DNA of 60,502 nt, the filler included, from Sandaracinaceae bacterium (GTDB lineage: Bacteria; Myxococcota_A; Polyangia; Polyangiales; JADJQN01), in assembly GCA_947483975.1 (NCBI GenBank). It is 7 parts of 7 records of this genome, joined end to end, with 100 filler letters (N's around TTAATTAATTAA, not from the genome) between each part and the next. Parts side by side here need not be neighbours in the genome. Positions count along the whole stretch, not along the records: positions 8,730 to 17,353 come from CANKOL010000229.1; positions 17,454 to 26,057 come from CANKOL010000230.1; 5 more parts are not named here. One strand, 5' to 3'. Positions 9,593 to 19,060 of this stretch are shown piece by piece (the first letter of the stretch is position 1; each line of letters opens with the position of its first letter). A program made the translations under genes and the position numbers. The notes under the pieces are model-generated. The model was not told the DNA's origin. It saw only the letters and a list, made by a program, of their open reading frames with translations, and did no database searches.

Positions 9593-10282
9593 CTACGTCG
9601 CGTCGTTCGAGGGCGCGCCGCTCTCGAGCAGCTCGAGCTCGCGGAGCACGTTCGCGCGGGCTCGCGCCTCGAAGCGCGCGTGGAGCTCGCTCGTCCAGTA
9701 CCAGCGCTCGCGCGCCAAGATCTCGCGGAGGAACGCGCTCCGCCCGGCGCGGTAGAGCGCGTCGCTCACGTGCGCGTGCTCGCTGCGCACGCCCTCGCTG
9801 TATACGCGATAGGTGTCGACGTCCGCCGCGAGCACGGCGAGGTCGAGGTCGAGGACGAGCGCGAGGTCCGCGAGCACGCCCGGCGCGTCGTCCGGCGTGG
9901 CGCCGAGCTCGTGCGTGCGCGTCGCGAGGATCGCCCGCTCGATCCGCGCGACGACGTCCTCCGCGCAGCCGGCGCGCTCGAGGTCTGCGCGCGCGAGCGC
10001 GGCGCTCTTCGCCTCGTTGTCGCGCGACGTCGGGTCGTAGATCGCGTCGTGGTAGAGCAGCGCGCACTCCACCTCGGAGCCGCGCCAAGCGAGCGCGCGC
10101 ATCCCGTCGTAGAGCCGCAGACACGCCTGCACGTGCGCGCCCGTGTGATAGGCGCGGTGCGGCTCGTCGTAGTGCGCCAGCAGCGTCTCGCACGCCGCAG
10201 GATCGTCGCCGAGGCCGAGGCCCCAGCGCATCACGCGGAAGGACGTCGTCAGGCGTGCGTCTCGGAGAAAGTGCTCAGACAT
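9593..10282 (-). CDS. Predicted HD-superfamily metal-dependent phosphohydrolase
   Basis: HYDEPHRAYH…H, YHDAIYDP, DNEAKSA, LDLDLAVL motifs. Confidence 0.85.
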   Translation of the reverse strand: MSEHFLRDARLTTSFRVMRWGLGLGDDPAACETLLAHYDEPHRAYHTGAHVQACLRLYDGMRALAWRGSEVECALLYHDAIYDPTSRDNEAKSAALARADLERAGCAEDVVARIERAILATRTHELGATPDDAPGVLADLALVLDLDLAVLAADVDTYRVYSEGVRSEHAHVSDALYRAGRSAFLREILARERWYWTSELHARFEARARANVLRELELLESGAPSNDAT

Positions 10283-10335
10283 GGTGCGCCGCCGAGGGTA
10301 CGCCGACCGCGCGCGACGCGCATCGTCGGAACGCC

Positions 10336-11310
10336 TCAGCGCACCGGCAGCGCGACGCCCGTCCCGTCGATCGTGATGCGCTGGATGGACGTCCGCGTGA
10401 CGCTCGTCAGGTAGAGGCTGTGCACGCCGAACGCCTCGTCACCGACGACCCCGTTGGCCGGGAGCGTGAAGACGCGCGGCGGAAACAGCAGCTCCGCGGC
10501 GGCGCCCGCCGTGAAGCGTTGCACGCCCGACGTAGACGTGACGAGGACCACCGTCCCGTCCGCGAGCGTGACGAGTCCGTCGATGCCGGCGACGCCGCTC
10601 AGCACCGAGGTCGGCGTGCCGTAGGTGCCCGTCGCGCGGTCGAACGCGAGCGAGAAGAGCGCGTTGCCGGACCAAGACGCGACGTAGAGCGTGTTGCCGT
10701 CGGGCGAGAAGGCGAGGCCATTCGGGAACTCGATCGCGTCGGTGACGAGCGTGAGGCCCGTGCCGTCTGCGGCGGCGCGATAGAGCTTGTTCCCGGCGCT
10801 GTCCGAGAACACGAGCGAGTCGTCCGGCGCGACGGCGACGTAGTTGCAGAGGCCGAGCGGCGAGCCGTCGGGCGCGGTCGCGACGAGCACGGTCTTGACG
10901 CCGGTCGCGGGGTCGATCTCGAAGAGCACCGACGGCGCCGTCGCCTCGGGCCCGGTGCTGCCGCACGCGAGGAGCTCGCCCGTCGCGCGGACCGCGATGC
11001 CGACCGGCGAGTCGATGACCGCGACGTCCGTCATCAAGCCGTCCGGGGTGACGCGCACGATGCGCCCGTCGCGCGCGCCGACGTAGAGCACCGGCGCGCC
11101 GGCGGCCGTGTGCCCGAGCGCGATGCCCTCCGACGAGGAGCCGAGCTCGATGAACGCCTCCGGGCGCGGGCCGCCGTCGACCGGCGCAGCGTCGGGCGGG
11201 CCGCCGTCGAGGCCTCCGTCCGTCGCCGGGCTGACGTCGTCGTCGCCGCAGGCGGTGAGCCCCGAGAGCACCAGCAGGACCGAGAGAGCGCGCGCGAAGT
11301 AGGTGTTCAC
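10336..11310 (-). CDS. SMP-30/gluconolactonase-like beta-propeller lipoprotein
   Basis: SEG, NYVAVAPDDSLVFSDS, FPNGLAFSPDGNTLYV, IDGL motifs; lipobox LTAC-GDDD after GTG 11310. Confidence 0.8.
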   Translation of the reverse strand: MNTYFARALSVLLVLSGLTACGDDDVSPATDGGLDGGPPDAAPVDGGPRPEAFIELGSSSEGIALGHTAAGAPVLYVGARDGRIVRVTPDGLMTDVAVIDSPVGIAVRATGELLACGSTGPEATAPSVLFEIDPATGVKTVLVATAPDGSPLGLCNYVAVAPDDSLVFSDSAGNKLYRAAADGTGLTLVTDAIEFPNGLAFSPDGNTLYVASWSGNALFSLAFDRATGTYGTPTSVLSGVAGIDGLVTLADGTVVLVTSTSGVQRFTAGAAAELLFPPRVFTLPANGVVGDEAFGVHSLYLTSVTRTSIQRITIDGTGVALPVR

Positions 11311-11402
11311 GGCCGCGAAGCTGACACCAAAGCGCGCCGCGAGCCAAGCGCGTCGGCGCGTGCCCTCGTCAGCCGACGGCCGCCGCGCGCTCGCGCCGGA
11401 CG

Positions 11403-12800
11403 CTACGGCTCCTTGCGACCGCTCGGGTGCAGGCCGTGCTTCTTCAGGAGCTTGTGCAGGTACTTGCGGTCCATGTCGGCCCCGCGCGCGGCCGCCGAGA
11501 TGTTCCCCTCGTGTCGCTCGAGCAGCCACGTGACATAGCGCTGCTCGAACGCCGCCTCCCACTCCGCGCGCGTCGCTCGATAGCTCTGCGCTGCGACGAA
11601 CGCGGGCAGCCCCGCCGCGCCCTCGTCGGCGCGCGTCACGCCGCTCGCCCCCGCGTAGAGCAGCGGTAGCGCGCTCGGCCCGAGCTCGTCGCTCGCCGCC
11701 GGGCGCGCGACGGACGCGGCGCGCTCGAGCACGTCGCGAAGCTCGCGCACGTTGCCGGGCCAGTCGTGTCGGCTGACCGCCTCGAGCACGGGCGCGGTGA
11801 GTCTCAGCGGCGCTCGCGTCGCGGACTGCGCGCTCAGCCGCTCGAGCAGCGCCTCGACGAGCATCGGCACATCCTCGCGACGCTCGCGGAGCGGCGGCAG
11901 CTCCACGGGCACCAGCGCGAGGCGGAACCAGAGATCTTTGCTGAACTTCCCGCGCTCCACCTCGTGCCTCAGCGGGCGCTCGCACCCGGCGAGCACGCGC
12001 ACATCGACCCGCACATCCTTGTGTCCGCCGATGCGCCGGAGCGTGCGTTGCTCGAGCACGCGCAGCACCTTCGGCTGCACCTCGAGCGGCAACTCCGCGA
12101 CGTCGTCGAGCCAGAGCGTCCCGCCGTGCGCGAGCTCGAACGCGCCCTGACGCAGCGCCGTCGCGCCCGCGAACGCGCCCTTCTCGTGCCCGAAGAGCTC
12201 GCTCTCGAGCAGCGTGCCGACCCCGACGCCGCAGTGGCCGACGACGAACGGCTTGCTCGCGCGCGGGCTCGCCGCGTGGATCGCGCGGGCGAGCGCGTCC
12301 TTCCCCGTGCCCGCCTCGCCGCTGATCAGCACCGGCTCCTCCGTCGCGGCGAGCCGCTGCAGCAGCCCGAACAGCTCGCGCATCGCGACGCTCTTGCCGA
12401 CCAGCTCACCAAACCGCGGGCTGTCGCTCGGTGCGAGCTCGAGGCGCTCCCTGAACGGCCGCGCCTTCAGCTCGACCTTGCCGAGCGTGATGATGGCGCC
12501 CGGCTTCAGGTACGCCTCTTTGATCTCCGCCCCGTCGAGCAAGGTGCCGCTCGTCGAGCCGAGGTCCTTCAGCAGATAGCCCTTCGGCTCGTGCGTGATC
12601 AGGCAGTGTTGCCGCGACACCGTGTCGTCGTTGAGGACGAGGTCGTTCTCCGGTGCGCGGCCGATCTGAAAGACTCCGCCCGACACGAGGCGCTCTTTTC
12701 CGCGCTCGGGCCCGCTGAGCACGGTCAGGCGGCACCGCGCGAGCTCGAGCGCCCGCGTGCGCGCCGCGGCGGCCGTCGGCGGGAGCGGCACGAGCGCCAT
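11403..12800 (-). CDS. FHA-domain sigma54-type enhancer-binding protein (degenerate motifs)
   Basis: FHA (IGRAPENDL…VSRQH…DLGSTSGT), AAA (GEAGTGKD, ESELFGHEKGAFAGA, WPGNVREL) and C-terminal Fis-type HTH (GNISAAAR). Confidence 0.9.
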   Translation of the reverse strand: MALVPLPPTAAAARTRALELARCRLTVLSGPERGKERLVSGGVFQIGRAPENDLVLNDDTVSRQHCLITHEPKGYLLKDLGSTSGTLLDGAEIKEAYLKPGAIITLGKVELKARPFRERLELAPSDSPRFGELVGKSVAMRELFGLLQRLAATEEPVLISGEAGTGKDALARAIHAASPRASKPFVVGHCGVGVGTLLESELFGHEKGAFAGATALRQGAFELAHGGTLWLDDVAELPLEVQPKVLRVLEQRTLRRIGGHKDVRVDVRVLAGCERPLRHEVERGKFSKDLWFRLALVPVELPPLRERREDVPMLVEALLERLSAQSATRAPLRLTAPVLEAVSRHDWPGNVRELRDVLERAASVARPAASDELGPSALPLLYAGASGVTRADEGAAGLPAFVAAQSYRATRAEWEAAFEQRYVTWLLERHEGNISAAARGADMDRKYLHKLLKKHGLHPSGRKEP

Positions 12801-13207
12801 CAGGCGTCACCGCGCGTCAGATCGAGCACGACGGTGCCCTCCGCCGGCACGTCGAGCGCCCTGATCGCGGTCGCCTCCGACTCGCCGACCCCGTCGGTGC
12901 GCGTCACGTCGACGCGCACCTCGTAGTGCCCAGGCTTCAGCTCGAATTCCTCGCTGATGCGGTCCGGCGCCCCCGCCGCGTACGCGAGGTGCACCCCGCG
13001 GATCGGCTCCCCCGCGTCGAGCACGCTGAGCGTCACGGCGCGCACGCGCCCCGGTTCCGGCAGCCTCAGCCGGATGCTCGTCGCGCGCGGGGCGCTCTTC
13101 ATCAGCGGCCCGCCGACGAGCATCACGCCGCCGAAGAGCACCAGCGGCGCGAGGCGGCGACGGTGCTTCGCGAGCCACGCGAGCATCGGGTGGGGGTCAG
13201 AGGCCAT
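12800..13207 (-). CDS. Hypothetical membrane-anchored protein
   Basis: 135 aa with one hydrophobic helix; its stop overlaps the activator start codon. Confidence 0.65.
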   Translation of the reverse strand: MASDPHPMLAWLAKHRRRLAPLVLFGGVMLVGGPLMKSAPRATSIRLRLPEPGRVRAVTLSVLDAGEPIRGVHLAYAAGAPDRISEEFELKPGHYEVRVDVTRTDGVGESEATAIRALDVPAEGTVVLDLTRGDA

Positions 13208-13384
13208 AGCCAGCGAGCGTAGGCGACCCAGCCGCCGCGATCCACCTGCGGTCGCGCGCCCCCCGAGGGGGCCGAAGCCTGCCGCCCGAGCCCGATCGGC
13301 TGAATGACTACCAAGCTGCGATGCGCAGTTCTTGTCGAGGACGGACCCGAGGGATACGCTGCTGAGGAGACTGGTGCTTCATCG

Positions 13385-15541
13385 ATGGTCCGGCTTACCG
13401 ACATTCTGGACAAGGTTCGAAGCTACCATCCGACCGCTGACACGGATCTGATCAACAAGGCGTACGTGTACTCGTCGCGCATGCACGACGGGCAGCTGCG
13501 TAAGTCGGGGGATCCGTACTTCATCCACCCGGTGTCGGTCGCGGACATCATCGCGAACATGCGCCTCGATGCGGCGAGCGTGTGCGCGGCGCTGCTGCAC
13601 GACGTCGTCGAGGACACGGCGGTGACCGAGCGCGAGATCGCGGCGCTCTTCGGCGACGAGGTCGCGTTCCTCGTCGACGGCGTCACCAAGCTCGGCAAGA
13701 TCAACTTCACCTCGAAGGAGGACCAGCAGGCGGAGTCGTTCCGCAAGATGCTCGTCGCGATGGCGCGCGACATCCGCGTGCTGCTCGTCAAGCTCGCCGA
13801 CCGCTTGGACAATATGCGGACGCTCGAGCACATGAAGCCCGACGCGCAAGAGCGGATTTCCCGGGAGACGCTCGAGATCTACGCGCCGCTCGCGGGCCGC
13901 CTCGGCATCAACTGGCTCAAGAGCGACCTCGAGGATCTCTCGTTCCGCTGGCTCTATCCCGACGCGCACGCGGACCTCGTCAAGAAGACGAAGGCCGTCG
14001 CGCGCGACCGCGAGAAGTACACGACCGACGTCGTGCACCGCATCCAGGCGATGCTGATCGAGCGCGGCTTCGCCGTCGACGTCTCGGGGCGCGTGAAGCA
14101 CCTCTACAGCGTCTACCGGAAGATGCGCGCGAGTCAGTGCGACTTCGATCAGATCCACGACTACGTCGCGTTCCGCGTCGTGATGGAGAACGTCGCCGAC
14201 TGCTACGCCGCGCTCGGCGTCGTGCACTCGCAGTGGACGCCGATCCCCGGGCGCTTCAAGGACTACATCGCGCTCCCGAAGCCCAACAATTATCAGTCGC
14301 TCCACACGACGGTGATCGGGCCGGGCAGCAAGCGCATCGAGGTGCAGATCCGCACGCCGGAGATGCACAAGACCGCCGAGCTCGGCATCGCCGCGCACTG
14401 GTCCTACAAGGAGCGCAGCGGCGGCCTCGACGCGAAGGACGCCGCGCGTTTTGCGTGGCTGCGGCAGCTGATGGAGTTCCAGAAGGAGGTCAAAGACCCC
14501 GCCGAGTTCATCGACTCGGTGAAGGGCGATCTCTTCTCGGACGAGGTCTACGTCTTCACGCCGAAGGGCGACGTGAAGGTCTTCCCGCGCGGCTCGACGC
14601 CGATCGATTTTGCGTACTCGGTGCACAGCGAGGTCGGCAATCGCTGCACGGGCGCGCGCGTCAACGGCGCGATCCAGAAGCTCTCGTACAAGCTGCACAA
14701 CGGGGACGTCATCGACATCATGACGTCGCCGTCGCAGCACCCGAGCAAAGACTGGCTCGACATGACGACGACCGCGAAGGCGCGGTCCCATGTGCGAGGC
14801 TATGTGCGCGCCGAGGAGCGCAAGCGCTCGATCAAGATGGGGCGTGATCTGCTCGAGCGCGAGATGCACAAGCGCGACCTCTCGTTCGCGCGCCTCGTCA
14901 AGAGCGGCGAGCTCGAGAAGGTCGTCGAGAAGCTCGCCGCGCAGAGCGTCGAGGAGCTCTACGCGCAGGTCGGCTACGGCAAGATCTCGGGCGCGGACGT
15001 GGTCAAGGCGCTCCTGCCGGAGAAGCTCGAAGAGCAGCCGAAGGCGATGGAGTCGCTGCGCCCCGGGCTCGTCGAGCGCGTCACGCGCAAGGTCACCGGG
15101 AACACCGAGCACGCGATCCGCATCGCCGACATGGACGACGTGCTCGTGCGCTTCGGGAACTGCTGCTCGCCGCTGCCGGGCGACCCGGTGACGGGCTGGA
15201 TCACGCGCGGGCGCGGCGTGACGGTGCATCGGCGCGAGTGCCGCAAGGCGATGGAGCTCGACCCAGAGCGGCGCATCGACGTGACGTGGTCGGGCGGCTC
15301 GAAGGTCGACCGCCCGGTGCAGCTGCGGGTCGTGACGGCGGACAAGCCGGGCGTGCTCGCGCGGCTCTCGACGGAGCTCGGGACGGCGGGGGTGAACATC
15401 AAAGAGGCGAACTGCCGCGTCGGCGCGGACGGGCGCGCGGTGAACCTCTTCACGTTCACGGTGAAGGATCTGCCGCGCCTCAAGGCGCTGATGCGTGGGC
15501 TGCAGAAGCTCGACGGTGTATACGAGGTCGAGCGCGTCTGA
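13385..15541 (+). CDS. relA: Bifunctional (p)ppGpp synthetase/hydrolase, RelA/SpoT family
   Basis: Intact HD (ALLHDVVED), synthetase RFKDYIALPKPNNYQSLHT and EVQIRT, TGS (VFTPKGD…TPIDFAY) and C-terminal ACT domain. RxKD plus intact HD indicates the bifunctional Rel/SpoT type. Confidence 0.95.
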   Translation: MVRLTDILDKVRSYHPTADTDLINKAYVYSSRMHDGQLRKSGDPYFIHPVSVADIIANMRLDAASVCAALLHDVVEDTAVTEREIAALFGDEVAFLVDGVTKLGKINFTSKEDQQAESFRKMLVAMARDIRVLLVKLADRLDNMRTLEHMKPDAQERISRETLEIYAPLAGRLGINWLKSDLEDLSFRWLYPDAHADLVKKTKAVARDREKYTTDVVHRIQAMLIERGFAVDVSGRVKHLYSVYRKMRASQCDFDQIHDYVAFRVVMENVADCYAALGVVHSQWTPIPGRFKDYIALPKPNNYQSLHTTVIGPGSKRIEVQIRTPEMHKTAELGIAAHWSYKERSGGLDAKDAARFAWLRQLMEFQKEVKDPAEFIDSVKGDLFSDEVYVFTPKGDVKVFPRGSTPIDFAYSVHSEVGNRCTGARVNGAIQKLSYKLHNGDVIDIMTSPSQHPSKDWLDMTTTAKARSHVRGYVRAEERKRSIKMGRDLLEREMHKRDLSFARLVKSGELEKVVEKLAAQSVEELYAQVGYGKISGADVVKALLPEKLEEQPKAMESLRPGLVERVTRKVTGNTEHAIRIADMDDVLVRFGNCCSPLPGDPVTGWITRGRGVTVHRRECRKAMELDPERRIDVTWSGGSKVDRPVQLRVVTADKPGVLARLSTELGTAGVNIKEANCRVGADGRAVNLFTFTVKDLPRLKALMRGLQKLDGVYEVERV

Positions 15542-15598
15542 GCGCCGGCGGACGGCAGGGGTCCTCTGCGGAGGACGGGGAAGAGCGGCGGGGGGACT

Positions 15599-16816
15599 GT
15601 GACTTTCGACAATGCGCGCTACGAGCTGGCGCGGCTGCGGCCGACCGGCGGCGAGACGCCCGAGGGCGCGACGGCGCGCGCGGCGGAGCTGAGCTCGCGG
15701 ACGCTCGGCGTGCGGCGCGTGGGGGTCTGGACCTTCGACCGGCGGGGGCAGGCGCTGCGCTGTGCGTGTCTCTACGACGAGGTCGGCGGGCACTCGACGC
15801 CGGGCGACTCGCTCGGGCTCGCGGAGCTCGCGCCCTATGCCGCCGCGCTCGAGGGCGCGCGCGTCCTCGCGGCGGACGATGCGCGCGCACATCCCGCGCT
15901 GCGTGGCTGGGTCGAGGGCTACCTCGCGCCGCACGGCGTCGGCGCGCGGCTCGACGCGCCCATCTATCGCGGCGGTGAGCTGATCGGCGTCGTCACGCAC
16001 GAGCACGTCGGAGAGCCGCGCAGGTGGACGGCTGCGGAGAGCGACTTCGCGTGCGCGGTGGCGGACGCGCTCGGCTCCCTCGCCGAGCAAGCGGGCCGGC
16101 TCGAGGTGCTCGCGGCGCTCCGAGAGCATCAGCGGTTCGAGTCGCTCGGGCGCCTGGCTGCCGGCGTCGCCCACGACTTTCAGAATCTGCTCAGCGTCGT
16201 GCTGATCCACGCGGCGCGCATCCACTCGCGCCCCGACGAGGTCGCGACAGCGCGGGACTCGTCCCAAGAGATCCGCGACGCCGCAGAGGAGGGGGTGCGG
16301 CTCACGCGGCGCCTGCAGTCCTTCGCCGAGCCTTCGACGTCGCGACCGAAGCCGCTGTCGCTCGGCGACGCCGCCGCGCGCCTGGAGCCGATCTTCCGGC
16401 TCGTCGCGCGCGGCGCCACGCTCCTCGAGGTGCGGCGCGAGACCGCAGACGACACCGTGTCCGCGGAGCCGTCTCAGCTCGATGGGATGCTGCTCGCCCT
16501 CGTGACGAGCGCCCACGAAGCGCTCGGCGAGCACGGGGGCGCGATCTCCATCACCGTGCGTGCGCCGAGCGCCGCCGAGAGGCCATCGGGTCCGGCCTGC
16601 GTCGCTCTCGAGGTCGGCTTCGAGCCCCGACGCTCCCCGGACGACGCGTACGAGGTCGTCGGCGAGCCGCTCCCGAAGCCGCCTTCCAGCGAGGCCGACG
16701 GAGTCGGGATGGTCCTGGTGCGCGAGGTCGTCGAGCGCGCGGGGGGCACCCTGAGCGCCGCGGCCCGACGCGAGGTCGGCGGCGCGCGCGTCGTGCTCTG
16801 GCCGCTGCTGCGCTGA
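15599..16816 (+). CDS. GAF-domain histidine-kinase-like protein with degenerate ATPase domain
   Basis: GAF (LDAPIYRGGELIGVV), H-box GRLAAGVAHDFQNLL; N, G1 and G2 boxes are not recognisable. Confidence 0.75.
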   Translation: MTFDNARYELARLRPTGGETPEGATARAAELSSRTLGVRRVGVWTFDRRGQALRCACLYDEVGGHSTPGDSLGLAELAPYAAALEGARVLAADDARAHPALRGWVEGYLAPHGVGARLDAPIYRGGELIGVVTHEHVGEPRRWTAAESDFACAVADALGSLAEQAGRLEVLAALREHQRFESLGRLAAGVAHDFQNLLSVVLIHAARIHSRPDEVATARDSSQEIRDAAEEGVRLTRRLQSFAEPSTSRPKPLSLGDAAARLEPIFRLVARGATLLEVRRETADDTVSAEPSQLDGMLLALVTSAHEALGEHGGAISITVRAPSAAERPSGPACVALEVGFEPRRSPDDAYEVVGEPLPKPPSSEADGVGMVLVREVVERAGGTLSAAARREVGGARVVLWPLLR

Positions 16817-16858
16817 GCCGGCGCGGGGGCGTTCCCCGCAGGTCGGCCTGCCTGCGCC

Positions 16859-17353
16859 TCACTCGACGTCGACGACGCGCCACTCTCCCGACTCGCGCAC
16901 GAGCCGGATGTGCGCGCCGCCGGTCAGGCGCACCTCGGCGCTATCTCCCTGCACCTGCAGGTCGAAATTGGCCGGATCCTCCGTCGCGTCGAGCATGCGC
17001 GTCAGCTCCGCCTCCACGTCCCCGCGGGTCGAGCGCGCGAGCACGCGCAGCACGCCCGCCAGGCTCCGACGCTGAAGCGCGCGGCGGAGGGAGGCGACCG
17101 CGTCCTGCGGCGTGTGCAAGCCCGGCGCGTCGAGCACCCCGCCGTCGATGCGCCACGCGCCCTCCTCGAGGACGAGCACCACGACCTCCCCGTCGACGAG
17201 CACCAAGCGCGCCTGCGCCGTGATCGGCCGCTGGGCGCTCGCCGCGATCGCGCGCGCCTGCGCCTCGAGGTCGGCGCGGTTCTCCACGAACAGCGCGGCG
17301 AAGCGCGCCTCGTCGAGACCCGCGCGCCCGCGCTCGTCGAGCAGCGCCCAGCC
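16859..17353 (-). CDS. Hypothetical protein (5' truncated)
   Basis: Open from the contig edge to TGA 16859; contains two similar LVxExGxWR segments. Confidence 0.6.
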   Translation of the reverse strand, partial: GWALLDERGRAGLDEARFAALFVENRADLEAQARAIAASAQRPITAQARLVLVDGEVVVLVLEEGAWRIDGGVLDAPGLHTPQDAVASLRRALQRRSLAGVLRVLARSTRGDVEAELTRMLDATEDPANFDLQVQGDSAEVRLTGGAHIRLVRESGEWRVVDVE

Positions 17354-17453
17354 NNNNNNNNNNNNNNNNNNNNNNNNNNNNNNNNNNNNNNNNNNNNTTA
17401 ATTAATTAANNNNNNNNNNNNNNNNNNNNNNNNNNNNNNNNNNNNNNNNNNNN
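17354..17453. other. Artificial contig-join spacer
   Basis: N-run with TTAATTAATTAA. Confidence 0.98.
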
Positions 17454-18299
17454 ATCACGGAGGACGGCGGCTTCACCTGGACCTGTCGGCGCATGGCCTG
17501 CGGGAGCCACCTGACCGAGTGCGGCGACTGCGAGGACAACGACGGCGACGGACTCTTCGATGAGCGAGACCCCGAGTGCCTCGGGCCCTGCGACAACAGC
17601 GAAGGCGCCGCGCTGACGGCGGGCGTCGGCGGCGAGACCGGTGGGCCCTGCCAGTCGGACTGCTACTTCGACTTCGGCAACGGCCCCGGCAACGACGACT
17701 GCTACTGGGATCACCGCTGCGACCCGCTCTCCGTCGCGCCGAGCTACCCGCCCGAAGGCAGCGCCTGCGCCTACGACGCCTCGCGCGTCGGCGGCCGCAC
17801 CTGCCCCGCGACGCAGAGCGCGACCTGCGGCGACGTCTGCCGCCCGCTCACCCCGAACGGCTGCGACTGCTTCGGCTGCTGCACGTTCGACGCGATCGCG
17901 GGGCGCAGCGCGGGCGCAGGTGGCCCCTACGTGTGGCTAGGCTCCGTGTTCGACGGCACCAACACCGGCAGCTGCACGCTCGCCGACCTCGCGGACACCT
18001 CGCTCTGCAAGCCGTGCACGCCCGTCGCGAACTGCCTCAACGACTGCGGACGCTGCGAGCTCTGCGTCGGCCGCGACCCGGCGAGCCTCCCGGCCGACTG
18101 CTTCGCCCCGCCTCCGACCGACGGAGGCACGCCGCTCGGCGACGGCGGCGCTCCCGTCGACCTCGGCCCGCCGGTCGATCTAGGCCCGCCGTCGCTGCGC
18201 TGCGCTCCTGGCCTGCAAGCCTGTGGCCTGCCGAGCGACCCAGTCTGCAACGTCGGCTTCTACTGCGTCACGGGCTGCTGCATCTCGACGTTCTTCTGA
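17454..18299 (+). CDS. Cys-rich extracellular protein (5' truncated)
   Basis: Open from the contig edge; DNDGDGLFD Ca-binding-like loop, many Cys and a DGG/DLGPP linker. Confidence 0.75.
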   Translation: MTEDGGFTWTCRRMACGSHLTECGDCEDNDGDGLFDERDPECLGPCDNSEGAALTAGVGGETGGPCQSDCYFDFGNGPGNDDCYWDHRCDPLSVAPSYPPEGSACAYDASRVGGRTCPATQSATCGDVCRPLTPNGCDCFGCCTFDAIAGRSAGAGGPYVWLGSVFDGTNTGSCTLADLADTSLCKPCTPVANCLNDCGRCELCVGRDPASLPADCFAPPPTDGGTPLGDGGAPVDLGPPVDLGPPSLRCAPGLQACGLPSDPVCNVGFYCVTGCCISTFF

Positions 18300-18319
18300 G
18301 CGACACCAGGCGCGCTCGC

Positions 18320-19060
18320 TCACTGGAGCAGCGCGCCACCGTCGACGATGAGCGTCGTGCCCGTCGTCCACGGGGAGTCGAGCAAGAAGAGCACCGCCTC
18401 GGCGATCTCGTCGGTGCGCCCGATGCGCCCGAGCGCGTGCGCCCGCGCGAGCCCGCTCAGGTCGCGCCCGCGCAGCATCTCCGTGTCGACCGCGCCCGGC
18501 GCCACGACGTTCACGCGGATGCCGCGCGGCGCAAGCTCGAGCGCCATCGTCCGCGCCGCCGCCTCGAGCCCCGCCTTCGAGGCCGCGTACGCGAGCGTAC
18601 CGGCGACCGAGCGATGCGCGAGGTTGGAGCCGAGCAGCACGACCGCCCCGCCGTCCGACAGCCTGCCCAGCGCGCGCTGCGCCAAGAGCACCGGCGCGAC
18701 GAGGTTCGTGCTCAGCGTCGCGCCGAGGTCCTCGTCGGTGATCGCGCCGAACAGCGCGTGCCGCGCGATCCCCGCAGAGAGCACGAGCGCGTCGAGCCCA
18801 CCGAGCACGGCGACCGCGGCGTCGAGGAGCCCCGCGCGCTCCTGCTCGCTCGTCACGTCCCCAGGCACCGCGAAGATGCCGCCCGCGCCGCCCTCCTGCT
18901 TGCTCTCGGCGACGAGCTCCGTCAGCGCCGCGACGTCCCGCCCGCACGCCGCGACCCAGTCACCGCGCGCCGCGAGCAGGACCGCGACCGCGCGCCCGAT
19001 GCCTCGGCTCGCGCCGGTGACGAGCACACGCTGCGGGACCTTCGAGGGGGGAATCGTCAC
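18320..19060 (-). CDS. Short-chain dehydrogenase/reductase
   Basis: TGASRGIG, YAASK, IRVNVVAPG motifs; GTG 19060 overlaps the folB-cupin stop. Confidence 0.9.
   Translation of the reverse strand: MTIPPSKVPQRVLVTGASRGIGRAVAVLLAARGDWVAACGRDVAALTELVAESKQEGGAGGIFAVPGDVTSEQERAGLLDAAVAVLGGLDALVLSAGIARHALFGAITDEDLGATLSTNLVAPVLLAQRALGRLSDGGAVVLLGSNLAHRSVAGTLAYAASKAGLEAAARTMALELAPRGIRVNVVAPGAVDTEMLRGRDLSGLARAHALGRIGRTDEIAEAVLFLLDSPWTTGTTLIVDGGALLQ

Noticed and set aside
15561..16839. Short GC hairpins at 15561-15576 and 16823-16839 as terminators
   Set aside because: The 6-bp stems have no U-tract and are expected by chance at this GC content.
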